From Planctomycetota bacterium (lineage in GTDB: Bacteria; Planctomycetota; UBA8108; SXIK01), in assembly GCA_965223265.1 (NCBI GenBank), contig OZ244999.1, positions 5,664,001 through 5,728,000 on the forward strand: DNA of 64,000 nt, written 5' to 3'. The number at the start of each line of letters is the position of its first letter. Position 1 is the stretch's first letter. The notes beneath the pieces were generated by a model. The model did no database searches. It saw only the letters and a program-made list of their open reading frames with translations, and was not told the DNA's origin. A program made the translations under genes and the position numbers. Below, one piece after another: positions 9,614-19,620 of this stretch.

Positions 9614-12187
9614 ATGCAGGAACTCATGGAACATCACCTCAGAGTGCAAGACCTGATCGAACGCGCCCCCCTCGAGGACCGCGACGCCTTCGACGAGTTG
9701 ATCGTCGGTCTGCTGACGCACCCGGATCCCATCCTGCTTCTGCAGTATCTCGACTCGAAAGGAAAAGGCAGAATGAAACACGAGCGACCGAAACGATCAA
9801 AAGTTGCAGTGGTCGTCGTCGTTGCTGCACTGTTCTTTTGCAGCGTCGCTCTTCGCTCGTTTTGGGCCGCGACCGCCTCGGGAGCCCGGCTCGAGCCTCT
9901 ATCGCTGGCCGAACAGGGGCACCCCCGAGCCGTGATCACAGTAGCGGATGGTGCTTCGCCAGAGGTCTCAGAGACGGCGCATGACCTGTCGGACATCATC
10001 TTCAAGATGTCGGGAGCACGCCTGCCGGTCGTCTCGAAGGCCGGAGAGCAGTCGAGCCTCGCACTCGGCGTACAGGACCAAGATCGATCGCTCCCGCCGC
10101 TAGCGTATCACGTGTTGCGAAACGGCGACGTGCTCTACTTCTCTGGCGGATCAGACCAAGGCGTCGTCAACGGAGTCTATGCTTTTCTCGAACAGCAGCT
10201 CGGTTGTCGGTGGTACACCCCCGACGCGCTGGGCGAGCACATTCCCCGACGCGCAACCATCACGGTCGGCGACGTGACGATGCAGGACTCGCCGGACTTC
10301 AAAAGTTTCGCAGGCTTCGGCAGGCATCCGGACGCCGAAGCGTCAAGGCTGTGGATGCGGCGCAACCGCCTCGAAGGATTTCCGCGCCAGTTTCACAGCC
10401 ACAACTGGTTCAAAATCATCCCGCCTGAGTCTATCGACGAGCACCCAGAGTGGTTCGCTCTCCTGGGCGATGCTCGGAGCACACGCCAGCTCTGCACGAC
10501 GCATCCAGGCGTGCTGAAAATGACCGTCGACAAGGCGCGCCGCTACTTTGATGCGCACCCCGAGGCGCAGAGCTTCTCCCTCAGTCCGAATGACCACAGA
10601 GGATTCTGTCGCTGCGACACTTGCCATACCCTCGACGCGAAACTGGGAATCGATCCCTTTGTCCCCGGCGGCTCTCTTTCGGACCGGCTCGTATATTTCT
10701 TCAACCAGGTCGCCACGCAAGTGGTCAAGACCCATCCAGAGAGACGCCTCGCGTTCTACGCGTACCTCACCTACACCAAGCCCCCCAAGGTCGTGAAGCC
10801 TCACCCAATGTTGCAGCCGTTCTTAGTTCACACGCCGTGGGACTACTGCATGAACCATCCGATCGACGACCCCGATTGCGAGCGCAACCGCTCGTTCGTC
10901 GAAAGCACCCTCGGGTGGCGCAAGCTCAGCTCGGATCTCGGTATGTACGATTACTATGGCCACTGGTCTCTTGGCGGACCGATTGGCATGGTGCACAGGA
11001 TCCGGCGTGATCTTCCCTGGTTGCTTCGCCACGGCGGCGCCGCATTCTACGCCGAGGCTCATTCGCAGTGGTGGACTCAAGGGCTGAATCTCTATCTGCC
11101 GCCAAAGCTCGCCTGGGATATCGATGCTGACGTGGACGCCATCGTCGCTGAGTACTACAATAACATGTTCGGCCCCGCCGCCGCCGCGGTCTTCGCGTAC
11201 GGTCAGATGTTCGAGGACGTGCTGGCGCACGTGCCGAAAGATGCAGAGCGTGACTACCAACAGGCGTTCTTAACTGCCATGACGCCGGAATACCTCGCGC
11301 GGGCAGCGGCTCTGCTCGACCAGGCCCAGAATCGCTTCGAAAACGCCAACCTGGGCCGTGAGGCGGCCAAGATCGCTGCGCGCCTCCGACGCTATCGATA
11401 TGGGCTGCGTATCATTGAGCAGCAGGCCTTGGAGAAACAGGCTCGCCAGGCAGGCCGAATGGCGAAGGTGGTCGGTCACTTGAACGCGCTGATGTCCATC
11501 CTAGATGAAGTCGCTGCCGACCCGGAACTCGAGGGCATGATGGAACTCCACTTCGTGCGGCTGTTCGCTCGGCACGAGCTCATTCGTCTGCCGCCCTACG
11601 ACCGAATCTGGCAGCAGGCTGTCCAGTCGCCGCAACGTCGCGCGGATCTTCGTCGCCGGCTCGACGAGAATCACACGCGCGACGTGGCGCGAGCGCTCGG
11701 GTACTGGAACGACTGGTACATCGTGGGACTCTGGACGAACCCCGACGGCGACCCCATGGGGATGCACTACCCGCCCGAAGACAAGGTCGATCTCGACGCC
11801 AAGTATCAGATGAGGGGCGGTGAAGCCGGTTGGCAGCTCCACCGATCCGAAAGTGCGTACGGCATTGTGGACCTACGCGCGCACTTCCAACCTCAGGACT
11901 CAGAGTACACAATGGCGTACGCCTACACGCGCGTGAACACGCGCCGCGACGCCGAAGTGTTTTTAGACGTCATGTGCGACGATGACATCGTCGTGTGGGT
12001 CAATGATCGGCTGGTGTTCGCCGGTGGAGCGGGAAATCACAGCTTCAACCTCCACCTCGGCGTGCGACTCGACCGAGGCGAAAACCGCATTCTCGCCAAA
12101 ATACTCAACCGTCCGCACGCCTTTAACTTTTCCGTCCGGATCGTGACGGAAGACGGACGGCCCCACGATGCGGTGGTGTGGGAGTAG
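9614..12187 (+). CDS. DUF4838-domain secreted/membrane-anchored protein (second start at 9773)
   Basis: GVYAFLEQQLGCRWYTP, HPEWFAL, QLCTTHP, SLSPND...CRCDTC and LAFYAY motifs; C-terminal CDDDIVVWVN...GENRILAK beta domain. RBS+ATG at 9773 precedes a hydrophobic signal. Confidence 0.85.
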   Translation: MQELMEHHLRVQDLIERAPLEDRDAFDELIVGLLTHPDPILLLQYLDSKGKGRMKHERPKRSKVAVVVVVAALFFCSVALRSFWAATASGARLEPLSLAEQGHPRAVITVADGASPEVSETAHDLSDIIFKMSGARLPVVSKAGEQSSLALGVQDQDRSLPPLAYHVLRNGDVLYFSGGSDQGVVNGVYAFLEQQLGCRWYTPDALGEHIPRRATITVGDVTMQDSPDFKSFAGFGRHPDAEASRLWMRRNRLEGFPRQFHSHNWFKIIPPESIDEHPEWFALLGDARSTRQLCTTHPGVLKMTVDKARRYFDAHPEAQSFSLSPNDHRGFCRCDTCHTLDAKLGIDPFVPGGSLSDRLVYFFNQVATQVVKTHPERRLAFYAYLTYTKPPKVVKPHPMLQPFLVHTPWDYCMNHPIDDPDCERNRSFVESTLGWRKLSSDLGMYDYYGHWSLGGPIGMVHRIRRDLPWLLRHGGAAFYAEAHSQWWTQGLNLYLPPKLAWDIDADVDAIVAEYYNNMFGPAAAAVFAYGQMFEDVLAHVPKDAERDYQQAFLTAMTPEYLARAAALLDQAQNRFENANLGREAAKIAARLRRYRYGLRIIEQQALEKQARQAGRMAKVVGHLNALMSILDEVAADPELEGMMELHFVRLFARHELIRLPPYDRIWQQAVQSPQRRADLRRRLDENHTRDVARALGYWNDWYIVGLWTNPDGDPMGMHYPPEDKVDLDAKYQMRGGEAGWQLHRSESAYGIVDLRAHFQPQDSEYTMAYAYTRVNTRRDAEVFLDVMCDDDIVVWVNDRLVFAGGAGNHSFNLHLGVRLDRGENRILAKILNRPHAFNFSVRIVTEDGRPHDAVVWE

Positions 12188-12220
12188 CCGCTACCCATAG
12201 GGGGGTGTTCAGCCCAAGAT

Positions 12221-12329
<109 letters not shown>

Positions 12330-12511
12330 AAGAATCGGGAACGGGAACGAGTACGGGCAGAGAGCCATCCTTTTCACCAATTGCCTGTGAGTCGCTACGA
12401 GCCGCAGGCGCTCGTGATGCTCTCTTGAAGAGTTCCAAGAGATCACCACCGAGCGTCTGCGCTTCGTCGAAGAGTGCGACGCCCGTGACTTGCAGCTGAC
12501 GTCGGCAAGTC

Positions 12512-13486
12512 TCAGCTTTCCCCTGTCTGCGGACAGCTCTCCGGCGGGGTCCAGCAGCCCCATCCCAGCGGTGCGTCGACTGCGAAGTTGCCGGGGCCGC
12601 ACTCGGGGTAGGGAGCAATCGGCGCCAGGCCGGTGGCAAAAAGGAAGTTGAGAACCGAGATGGGATCGGCGATGTCGATCGCGGCATCGCCGTTGACGTT
12701 GAGCGCGACCACACAGCCCGGCGTCTCGCCGTCGGCAAAGAGCCAGTTGAGCGTGCACACAGCGTCTGAGAGGTCGACCTGGCCATCATCGTTACAGTCG
12801 CCGCGCAGGAAGGACGGGTTTTCGACCTCGATCATTGAGACAATATCGAGGCTGATGATCGGATCCTCAGGCGGACCGGCCATGGCCATTTGACGCAGCG
12901 TATGAAAACCGGGACTGAGGGGCCGTAGAAGCACGGAATATCCCCCGAGGGCCCACCAGGCTGGACCTCCGTTTCCGACATCGGAATAGTCCCCAAAGAA
13001 GCAGCCGTTGCCACGGTGCTCCGGCGCAAAAAAGTCACGGTTCGGGCCCTCGTCGACAGACACGGAAAAGGCTGAAACAGAGTCCACAAGTGCCGTCACC
13101 CGGTTCAGGCACGCGGTGTCGCTACAGCTCACACACTGCTGGTGAGCCCGGAACTGCATGACGATGGGAGCGCCGTATGGCACCTTGCATGTGTACTCGA
13201 TCACCACCGCTCCGCCACCTCGTATGGTACCAGGTAAGAAAAAGACGGGTCCCATCTGCTCGACTTTGCATTCGACGTCTTGATTGATGTCCGGGTTGCC
13301 CTCGTCCGGAAGCGCCCTAAACCACTGGAAGTGCTCAAGCGTCCACTCAAACGCGGTCTTGCCGTCGATCACCGTCCCCGACGGATAGATCTCGCTCGCG
13401 GACCCCGTTTCGTCGCCGCGCGCAGACTCCGCGACGCCCACCCCCATAGCAAGGGCCGCCGAGAGAAGAATGTCTCGTGCCTTCAT
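12512..13486 (-). CDS. Nested in-frame secreted protein (324 aa) with signal peptide and dockerin
   Basis: GAAAGGA-ACGTC-ATG at 13486, in frame with the kinase; signal MKARDILLSAALAMGVGVAESARG; then EW..HFQW...NPD...C...GPVFFLPGT...CKVP domain and a dockerin. Confidence 0.65.
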   Translation of the reverse strand: MKARDILLSAALAMGVGVAESARGDETGSASEIYPSGTVIDGKTAFEWTLEHFQWFRALPDEGNPDINQDVECKVEQMGPVFFLPGTIRGGGAVVIEYTCKVPYGAPIVMQFRAHQQCVSCSDTACLNRVTALVDSVSAFSVSVDEGPNRDFFAPEHRGNGCFFGDYSDVGNGGPAWWALGGYSVLLRPLSPGFHTLRQMAMAGPPEDPIISLDIVSMIEVENPSFLRGDCNDDGQVDLSDAVCTLNWLFADGETPGCVVALNVNGDAAIDIADPISVLNFLFATGLAPIAPYPECGPGNFAVDAPLGWGCWTPPESCPQTGES

Positions 13487-15460
13487 GACGTTCCTTTCTG
13501 GGTTCTTTGCCAATTGAAGTTGCACCACCCCCCAAGCTGCTCTCGCGAGCAGTCGGCTGCGCGGGTGGTCGGGGTCGAGCTTGAGTGCGGACTCACAAGC
13601 CTCCGCGAGCTCGACCACTGGAGGTGCGCTCGTCCGGTCACGTGAGAGCAAAATCTGCCGCAACAGCGTGACCACAAGCAGGTGATGCGCGTCGAGACTG
13701 TCCGGATCAGCTCGTCGCGCTTGACGCGCAGCGTCCGCTGCGCCTCGCCAATCTTTCGAGTTCAGAAGCAACATCGCTACCCGACGTTCGTGGACGGCTG
13801 GCGCGACGACTTTCTTCGCCCATCGCACCGCGCCGTCGTGCTCCATCAAGGATTCATAGACGGCGGAGATCCACAGCGCGGTCTCGTCGGGAGTCCGCAC
13901 CGAAACGCTCTCGTGCAGCCTCTCGAAGAGCTTCTCGGCGACGCCGTGCTGGTCGGCGGCGAGATAGGTCTTTCCCAGGAGGAGCTCAGGCTCGAGAGCG
14001 CCCGGGGATCGATGACGCGCTACAGCAAAGTGCTCCGTCGCCTTTGCGAAACTCAACTTAGCGCGCTCGGGCTTCCCGGTTTTCTGCGACAGACCGCGCT
14101 CGAGGTACGCGGCGCCGAGCGCGAGGTGCGCTTCGATGCGAAAACCGACGTAGGGCTCGGCGCGCTCGCCGGCAAAGAGTGTTTCGTAAGCACGGATCGC
14201 TTTGTTCCAGTTGCCGTTGTGGAGAGCAGTGTGCGCGTCGAGCCAAGTATTGAGTTCGTCAACGGCTGCTCCCTTGAGCGCCTCGAGACGCTCGTCCTCA
14301 TCGTCAACATCATCGCCACCTTCGATCTCCATCTGGAGCACGGCGGCGGGAAGGAACGTCGGGTTGATCCCGAGCGCCCGCTCCGCGGCATTCGCCGCGA
14401 GCTCTCGTTCGCCGAGCAGCTGATACGCACGCGCCAGGTGATAGTGCGCATCGATCTCTTCCGGCAGCAACTCGGTGAGAGCTTGCAGGTCCTCGGCAAC
14501 CTCGCGGAGTGGACTCTTCTTACCCTCCGGCGTCGCGAGCTCGAGATCCTTCAGCTGGCGCTTCTGAATTCCCTGCGACCAGACGCGAAACGCCGGACCC
14601 GCCTGCAGGCTGAACTCTCCCACCAACAGCCTCACAACCGCCTCGCGCACCGCGGCGGGGTACTCGGCTAGCTTCTTCTGCGTCTCCGCCAGTTCTTTCT
14701 CAGTCTCGAACCGCGCGCTCCGGTAGGCGAACCAACCGGTCAGTCCACCGAGGAGCGCCAGCAGGAGGATGACGCCCACGGCCAATCGGTGACGACGGAA
14801 AAAGCGCGCGAGCCGCTGGCGCGGTCGCTCCGGCCGCGCTTCGATCGCGTCGCCGCGCACGAACCGCCTGAGATCTTGCCCTAGCGCCTCGGCTGTTCCA
14901 TAGCGATCGCCGGCGTCTTTCCTAAGACACTTGAGCACGACCGTTTCGAGATCCTGAGGGACTCGCGGATTTTCCTTCCGCAGCTCCACGGGATCACGCT
15001 CGATGATCTGTGAGAGCGTGTCGGCGTGGTCCTTGCCGCGAAACGGCGGCCGTCCACAAAGCGCCTCGTACATCGTCGCACCGAGCGAATAGATGTCCGT
15101 TCGGTGATCGACGGGAATCTTTTTCCGCCGCGCCTGCTCCGGACTCATGTAGAGCAGCGTACCGACCACGTCGCCGGAAAGCGTCAGCGACTCTTCACCT
15201 TCGAGGTGAGCGAGACCAAAGTCGAGGATGCGGAGGCGACCGGGGTCGCTCCTCCCGCTCGTCACCTCTCCGCCCGCTCGCGGCCACGTCTCGAGGTCGA
15301 GGATCAGGTTCGACGGCTTGATGTCGCGATGGATGACGCCCTTTGAGTGCGCGTGCTGGAGACCATCCGCGACCTCGGCGAAGGCTTCAGCAATCTTCTC
15401 GAAGTAACCCGGGCGATCCTTCTTTCCAAAGACCGTCGGCGTCTCCGGCTCCGCGTCCCT

Positions 15461-15505
15461 GATCTTCGCGAGGATCTTCGCGAGGATCTTCGCGAGGATC
15501 TTCGC
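15461..15505. repeat. 12-bp tandem repeat GATCTTCGCGAG x3.75 encoding (LAKI)4 in the kinase
   Basis: Directly visible, in frame, and ends about 20 bp from the att core. Confidence 0.95.
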
Positions 15506-15527
15506 CAGCGTCTCGCCGTCGACGTAC

Positions 15528-15536
15528 TCCATGGCG
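15528..15536. repeat. att core (left copy) TCCATGGCG
   Basis: Identical to 29482-29490; joining the outer flanks restores the kinase frame PFYAMEYVDG. Confidence 0.92.
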
Positions 15537-15676
15537 GACGATGGGAGTGACGGACGGGTGAATCACGCCGGATCAAAACCGATTCGTAAACCGTCAACCG
15601 CAGGCACTTAGGACGTTCAGAGCCCCATAACTCGCCCGTCTGCCGTCCCTGTTTACCGGCATTCTGGGGTTTCTGG

Positions 15677-15695
15677 TTGTGCCTTCATTGTGCCT
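15677..15695 (+). promoter_or_regulatory. Putative integrase arm-type sites (left): TTGTGCCT x2, 11-bp period
   Basis: TTGTGCCT at 15677 and 15688; matching tandem pair at the right end. Confidence 0.6.
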
Positions 15696-15718
15696 CGATT
15701 GACCGCCGAAGTAGGAAC

Positions 15719-17158
15719 ATGGACGAACGCTATCGCTACGAAGATGTCATTGGAACGAACTACCGCCTGGGTGCCCTGTTCAAGCCGAACCAGGGGAAGA
15801 AGCCCAAAAGCAAGGTTCACTGGCACAGTCGAATCACACGGAAGAATCCCGCCACGGGCAAGTGGGAGAAGGCAACGCCGTACAAGCAGAGCGGCGGTAG
15901 CACGGATAAGAACGAAGCCAAGAGGAAACTCTGGAAGTGGTGCGTTGAGCAACACCAGCGAGACGAGAATCTCGTCGTTGCCAGAACCTTCGAGGATGCC
16001 GCCGAGGAATGGATTGAGGATTTCAAGAAGCAGGTCGAGCTTGAAAAGACGAGGAAGTCCACCACGCTGACGAACTACCGCTCAACGATCAAGTTGCTGA
16101 ACTCGGCGAAACTCGAAAGGCGGCGGACGACGCTCGGTCAACTCAATCTCTGCGACCTGCGGATGTCGGACATCACCGACTTGCAACGGTCAGATGCTTA
16201 TCTCAAGAGCAGTCGAGGCGAACGGACGCTCTCGTCCAAGCAGCAAATCCTCAAGTGCCTGAAGTCCTTTCTGACTTGGTGTGCAGCAAGGGACGACGGA
16301 CGCTACATCGCCAAGGTTCCCTCGTTCAATGTGCTGCCGGGCGGCAAACCGAGAAAGCGAAAGGCGGTTCGGCTCGAACTCACCGACCTAATGAACTTGT
16401 TCCACCGCATTCAGATGAAGGTGGATTTCGAAGGACTCCCGGTCGAGAACCTCTGGATACTGTGCTTGCTCTTGATTCGTACGCCACTGCGTAAAAACTG
16501 TTGTCTGCGGCTTCGATGGAACCAGCACTCGACCGAAGGTTGGGTGGATTTGCAAAACGGGTGGATAGTCGTTCCCGAGGGTTTCACCAAGAGAGGCGTT
16601 CCCTTCTCTTTCCCCCTTTGCGACGAGCTGTGGAAGATACTCACCCTCGCTTACGAAGACCGTCCGAAGGACGAGTACGTCCTGGCGAATATGCGGACAC
16701 GAAACGATATCCCAAGATCCTGGTACGGGATCTTTCGTGAATGCTTGACCTCCGAGTCCTTGGATACGGCGGACGTGGAGAACTTCCGGTTGCATGATCT
16801 TCGCTCCGTGCTAATCACGCAACTCGACGAAGCCGTAATCGAGGAAGAAGAAGGCGGACGCATCATCCACAAGAGTATCCCCGAGAGCTACAAGCGACTT
16901 CTGGCAGATCACACACCTGGAAGCGATGAGCACGTGGGATACCGCACGCTTGATCACGAGCACAAACTTCGACGCTATATCAATGCGTTGCCCGCTCTCT
17001 TTGACCGAGAAGTCTTACCCGAGTGGTTGGGTGCCGAGATACTGAGAGATGTAAAGGTTGGAGTCGGCTCGACGGAAGAAACGACTGCCTACGACACCTC
17101 GGAGCTGGAGAGCATGAACACTTTTGATGCTCATTTCCCTGTAGAGACGGACACCTAA
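15719..17158 (+). CDS. Tyrosine integrase
   Basis: Catalytic residues R (TPLRKN), K (FTKRG), HxxR (LHDLRS), H (ADH) and Y (VGYR); core-binding TFEDAAEEW...TLTNYR region; AGGA RBS before ATG 15719; adjacent to att. Confidence 0.9.
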   Translation: MDERYRYEDVIGTNYRLGALFKPNQGKKPKSKVHWHSRITRKNPATGKWEKATPYKQSGGSTDKNEAKRKLWKWCVEQHQRDENLVVARTFEDAAEEWIEDFKKQVELEKTRKSTTLTNYRSTIKLLNSAKLERRRTTLGQLNLCDLRMSDITDLQRSDAYLKSSRGERTLSSKQQILKCLKSFLTWCAARDDGRYIAKVPSFNVLPGGKPRKRKAVRLELTDLMNLFHRIQMKVDFEGLPVENLWILCLLLIRTPLRKNCCLRLRWNQHSTEGWVDLQNGWIVVPEGFTKRGVPFSFPLCDELWKILTLAYEDRPKDEYVLANMRTRNDIPRSWYGIFRECLTSESLDTADVENFRLHDLRSVLITQLDEAVIEEEEGGRIIHKSIPESYKRLLADHTPGSDEHVGYRTLDHEHKLRRYINALPALFDREVLPEWLGAEILRDVKVGVGSTEETTAYDTSELESMNTFDAHFPVETDT

Positions 17159-17525
17159 AGCAACTTCCACACCGACACAAAAGTTGCCCGAGCAGACTTG
17201 GTGCCGTTGAAAATCGGTTTCCTCTCCGAAGAAATCTCGAAAAAAGTCAGGTCCGCCTGACGGCCCTCCAACCCGCCTTCACGCTCACCGAGCCCATCTG
17301 CGTGTCGGGGATCGGGCCTGACAGTCTCCTCTCGATCCAGCATCTCGAATCCGTTGGCTACAAGAGGGAATGCGGGCAAGAGATTCGTCCGACTTGTGAC
17401 GTTCTCCCATTTCGGGAACCTTGTCATCAACGTACCCCGATTTGACGGTCTACGTGGGACATCCGAGACTTTAGCGGAACGAGGCTGGCTGCCTCATGTC
17501 AACTTTTGAAACGATGGAGATGCCA

Positions 17526-18089
17526 ATGACTTATCAAGATTTCTACGAAGCTGTTACTAATTCCAAAGAAGGTTGCCGCAACGGATTCAACGTCGTGGAG
17601 CAGATTTGCAAAGTCCACGGACTTCCGAAAGATCAGGTGATCGACTTTCTTCGTGACCGCTATGTGTCGTGCGACTGCGGTGTTCACATGAAACTGAAAC
17701 CCGGCGTCGTGTCTGAGGAGTGGAAGGAGATGCTGTGTCAGGAGGAGTCTGTCCGCAAAGCTTTCCGCCTCGACATGTGGGTTGGCTCCACCAAGTTGGC
17801 AGATATTGCAACTGAGGCAATCAAGGATCTGCTGCCTCGAAACCATCCTGAATGCAGGATCGTTGACGCTACAGCCTCAAACAAGAAACTGAACGTAATC
17901 CTTGAAATACCGGAGACGCTGAGCCCGGAACGAGTTCGTGACCTTCTCGAATCTCACTTTGACCTCTACCGCCAGTGCCCCGAGCATCCTCTATTCAATC
18001 ACTCAGCAATCAGGGTTGACGAGCCGGTGCCATTGCGGTCCACGGCGACCACAGGCCTAATGCGAGCTTGGGTGGAAGAGTCCTACTGA
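17526..18089 (+). CDS. Hypothetical protein with a DUF2695-like CDC motif
   Basis: GGAG RBS; C...VIDFLRDRYVSCDCGV resembles the DUF2695 CDCE motif. Confidence 0.6.
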   Translation: MTYQDFYEAVTNSKEGCRNGFNVVEQICKVHGLPKDQVIDFLRDRYVSCDCGVHMKLKPGVVSEEWKEMLCQEESVRKAFRLDMWVGSTKLADIATEAIKDLLPRNHPECRIVDATASNKKLNVILEIPETLSPERVRDLLESHFDLYRQCPEHPLFNHSAIRVDEPVPLRSTATTGLMRAWVEESY

Positions 18090-19214
18090 GAAAATGAAAA
18101 ACTTTCTCGTTCGACCGTATGCGGCAACAACTCCAGCACGGAGCAACGGCGTCCGGGCGAATCACGTTGCGGGGAGCGGACGAGGAGAGCCAGAACGGCT
18201 CTGGTCGGAGAGTCATTCTTGGCCTGTGCGGTGATCTTCACTGCCTTTGGTAGTTTGGGTCGGGTTGAGCGGTGCGGCGATTCCAGACAAAGGAAACGGC
18301 AAGTTTAGGAAGCTGATCGATAAGTTAGAGAAAGTTGAGATTTCACATTTGATCTCGGGTATTATTACTAAAAAGACTTGCCTGTAAGGTGTCTTTGTCA
18401 AAGAGATGTAGTAGGTGAGACAGACACCGACATTCGGTGAGTAGTCCGGACCAGTGTTTCGACACGGTGAACACCGGACGTGTTCGATGATGATGGAAGG
18501 GAGAAGATGAAGGTTGAGATTCTCCCCCCAGATGTTCATTCAAATAGCATAAATCCCGCCTGACCCCACAGAGCCGTTCTTCGGCGTGCTGCGAGTTCGA
18601 AGATTGCTGGCCGAGGTGCCACAGAATCGACCGAAATCGACCGATTTCGAAAAAGTTGGGCGGAAATCGAAACGAAAGTCGTATTTCAGATGAAGGGCCT
18701 TAGCTCTTCCAGGGTTCCCGTGGAACCCTTTCCCACGGCGGGCGGTTTGCTGCAGGCGTGCATCGGAAAGCACGTGCTCCCAAGAGAAGCCACTGCAAGC
18801 CATACTCTGGGCTCTGTCAGTCCGTATAGCGGACATCGAGCTGTGGGGAGCCAAAGCCGAAAACCTGGAACGGAATCTGACACAGATTCCTACGCTGCCG
18901 AGGCTGCGAAAGTCTCGGGGGGCTTGCTGGGCTGGCAACCAGACTGCCGGACGTAAGCTGCAAGGGGTCGCTTACCGACTGAACCTTGCGTGAGTCTTCG
19001 TCGTGGGCAGAGGACACCAGGGAATTCGGTCTGAACGCAAGTCACTTCGACTTGCCATGGCTCGGGCGATAACCTGTGGAAAGCACGGTAAGGGCTTCCA
19101 CGGGGAAGAGCGGCACGGGGAGGTTGGTAATCGACAGGACAAGCAAAGAGTCCTGCCCCTGATGCCCCCGGTATGCCCTGACTTTGACAAAGGAAACAAT
19201 CAAGGAGAAGTGTT

Positions 19215-19385
19215 ATGCCTAAGAAAGCCAAGTTGATAAAGGTCGTATCGTTCGGATGTGATCCGAAGCTACATTACAAAATCGAAGAGGCGGCCGAGCG
19301 AGAATCTCAGACAATCGCAGCGTTTGCCAGGCGGATCGTCCGGGAATACTTGAACGGCCAGGAAGAGAAGCTGAAAACCGACTGA
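19215..19385 (+). CDS. Ribbon-helix-helix (CopG/Arc-like) protein, 56 aa, not in the ORF track
   Basis: AAGGAG RBS; MPKKAKLIKVVSFGCDPKLHYKIEEAAERESQTIAAFARRIVREYLNGQEEKLKTD fits the strand-helix-helix pattern. Confidence 0.75.
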   Translation: MPKKAKLIKVVSFGCDPKLHYKIEEAAERESQTIAAFARRIVREYLNGQEEKLKTD

Positions 19386-19620
19386 GGATCGATCTTGTTC
19401 CCGAGGGGTGCTGGGCGTCAACGGTCTCCTCGGGACGATTAGAGACCAAGAATAGGCGATCTTCCAGACGGTAAACGTGTTCCACGGCATCGCCGACAAC
19501 ACGGCGTCTCTGTCAGGAGACAAGGGGCCGCCTCATTCTTCAAAGATGGCGATTTGAAAGAATGAAGATTCAGGGTGAGGGGTTCCGTTGGCTCTTCTAT
19601 GCCTGTCGTTGTCCGCTTGA

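Larger units (their letters stand above)
12512..15532 (-). pseudogene. C-terminal part of an interrupted Ser/Thr kinase (C-lobe, TM helix, TPRs, nested secreted domain, dockerin)
   Basis: Starts at the hinge MEYVDGETL with no N-lobe. HRDIKPSN, DFGLA, GTLLYMSPEQ and DIYSLG are intact. TM segment AVGVILLLALLGGLTGWF, TPR helices, and dockerin FLRGDCNDDG...DIADP follow. Confidence 0.92.

Noticed and set aside
15533-15600. Element-supplied new N-terminus or RBS for the kinase C-half
   Set aside because: There is an in-frame TGA after only 10 codons upstream of the ATG at 15532, and no SD-like sequence.
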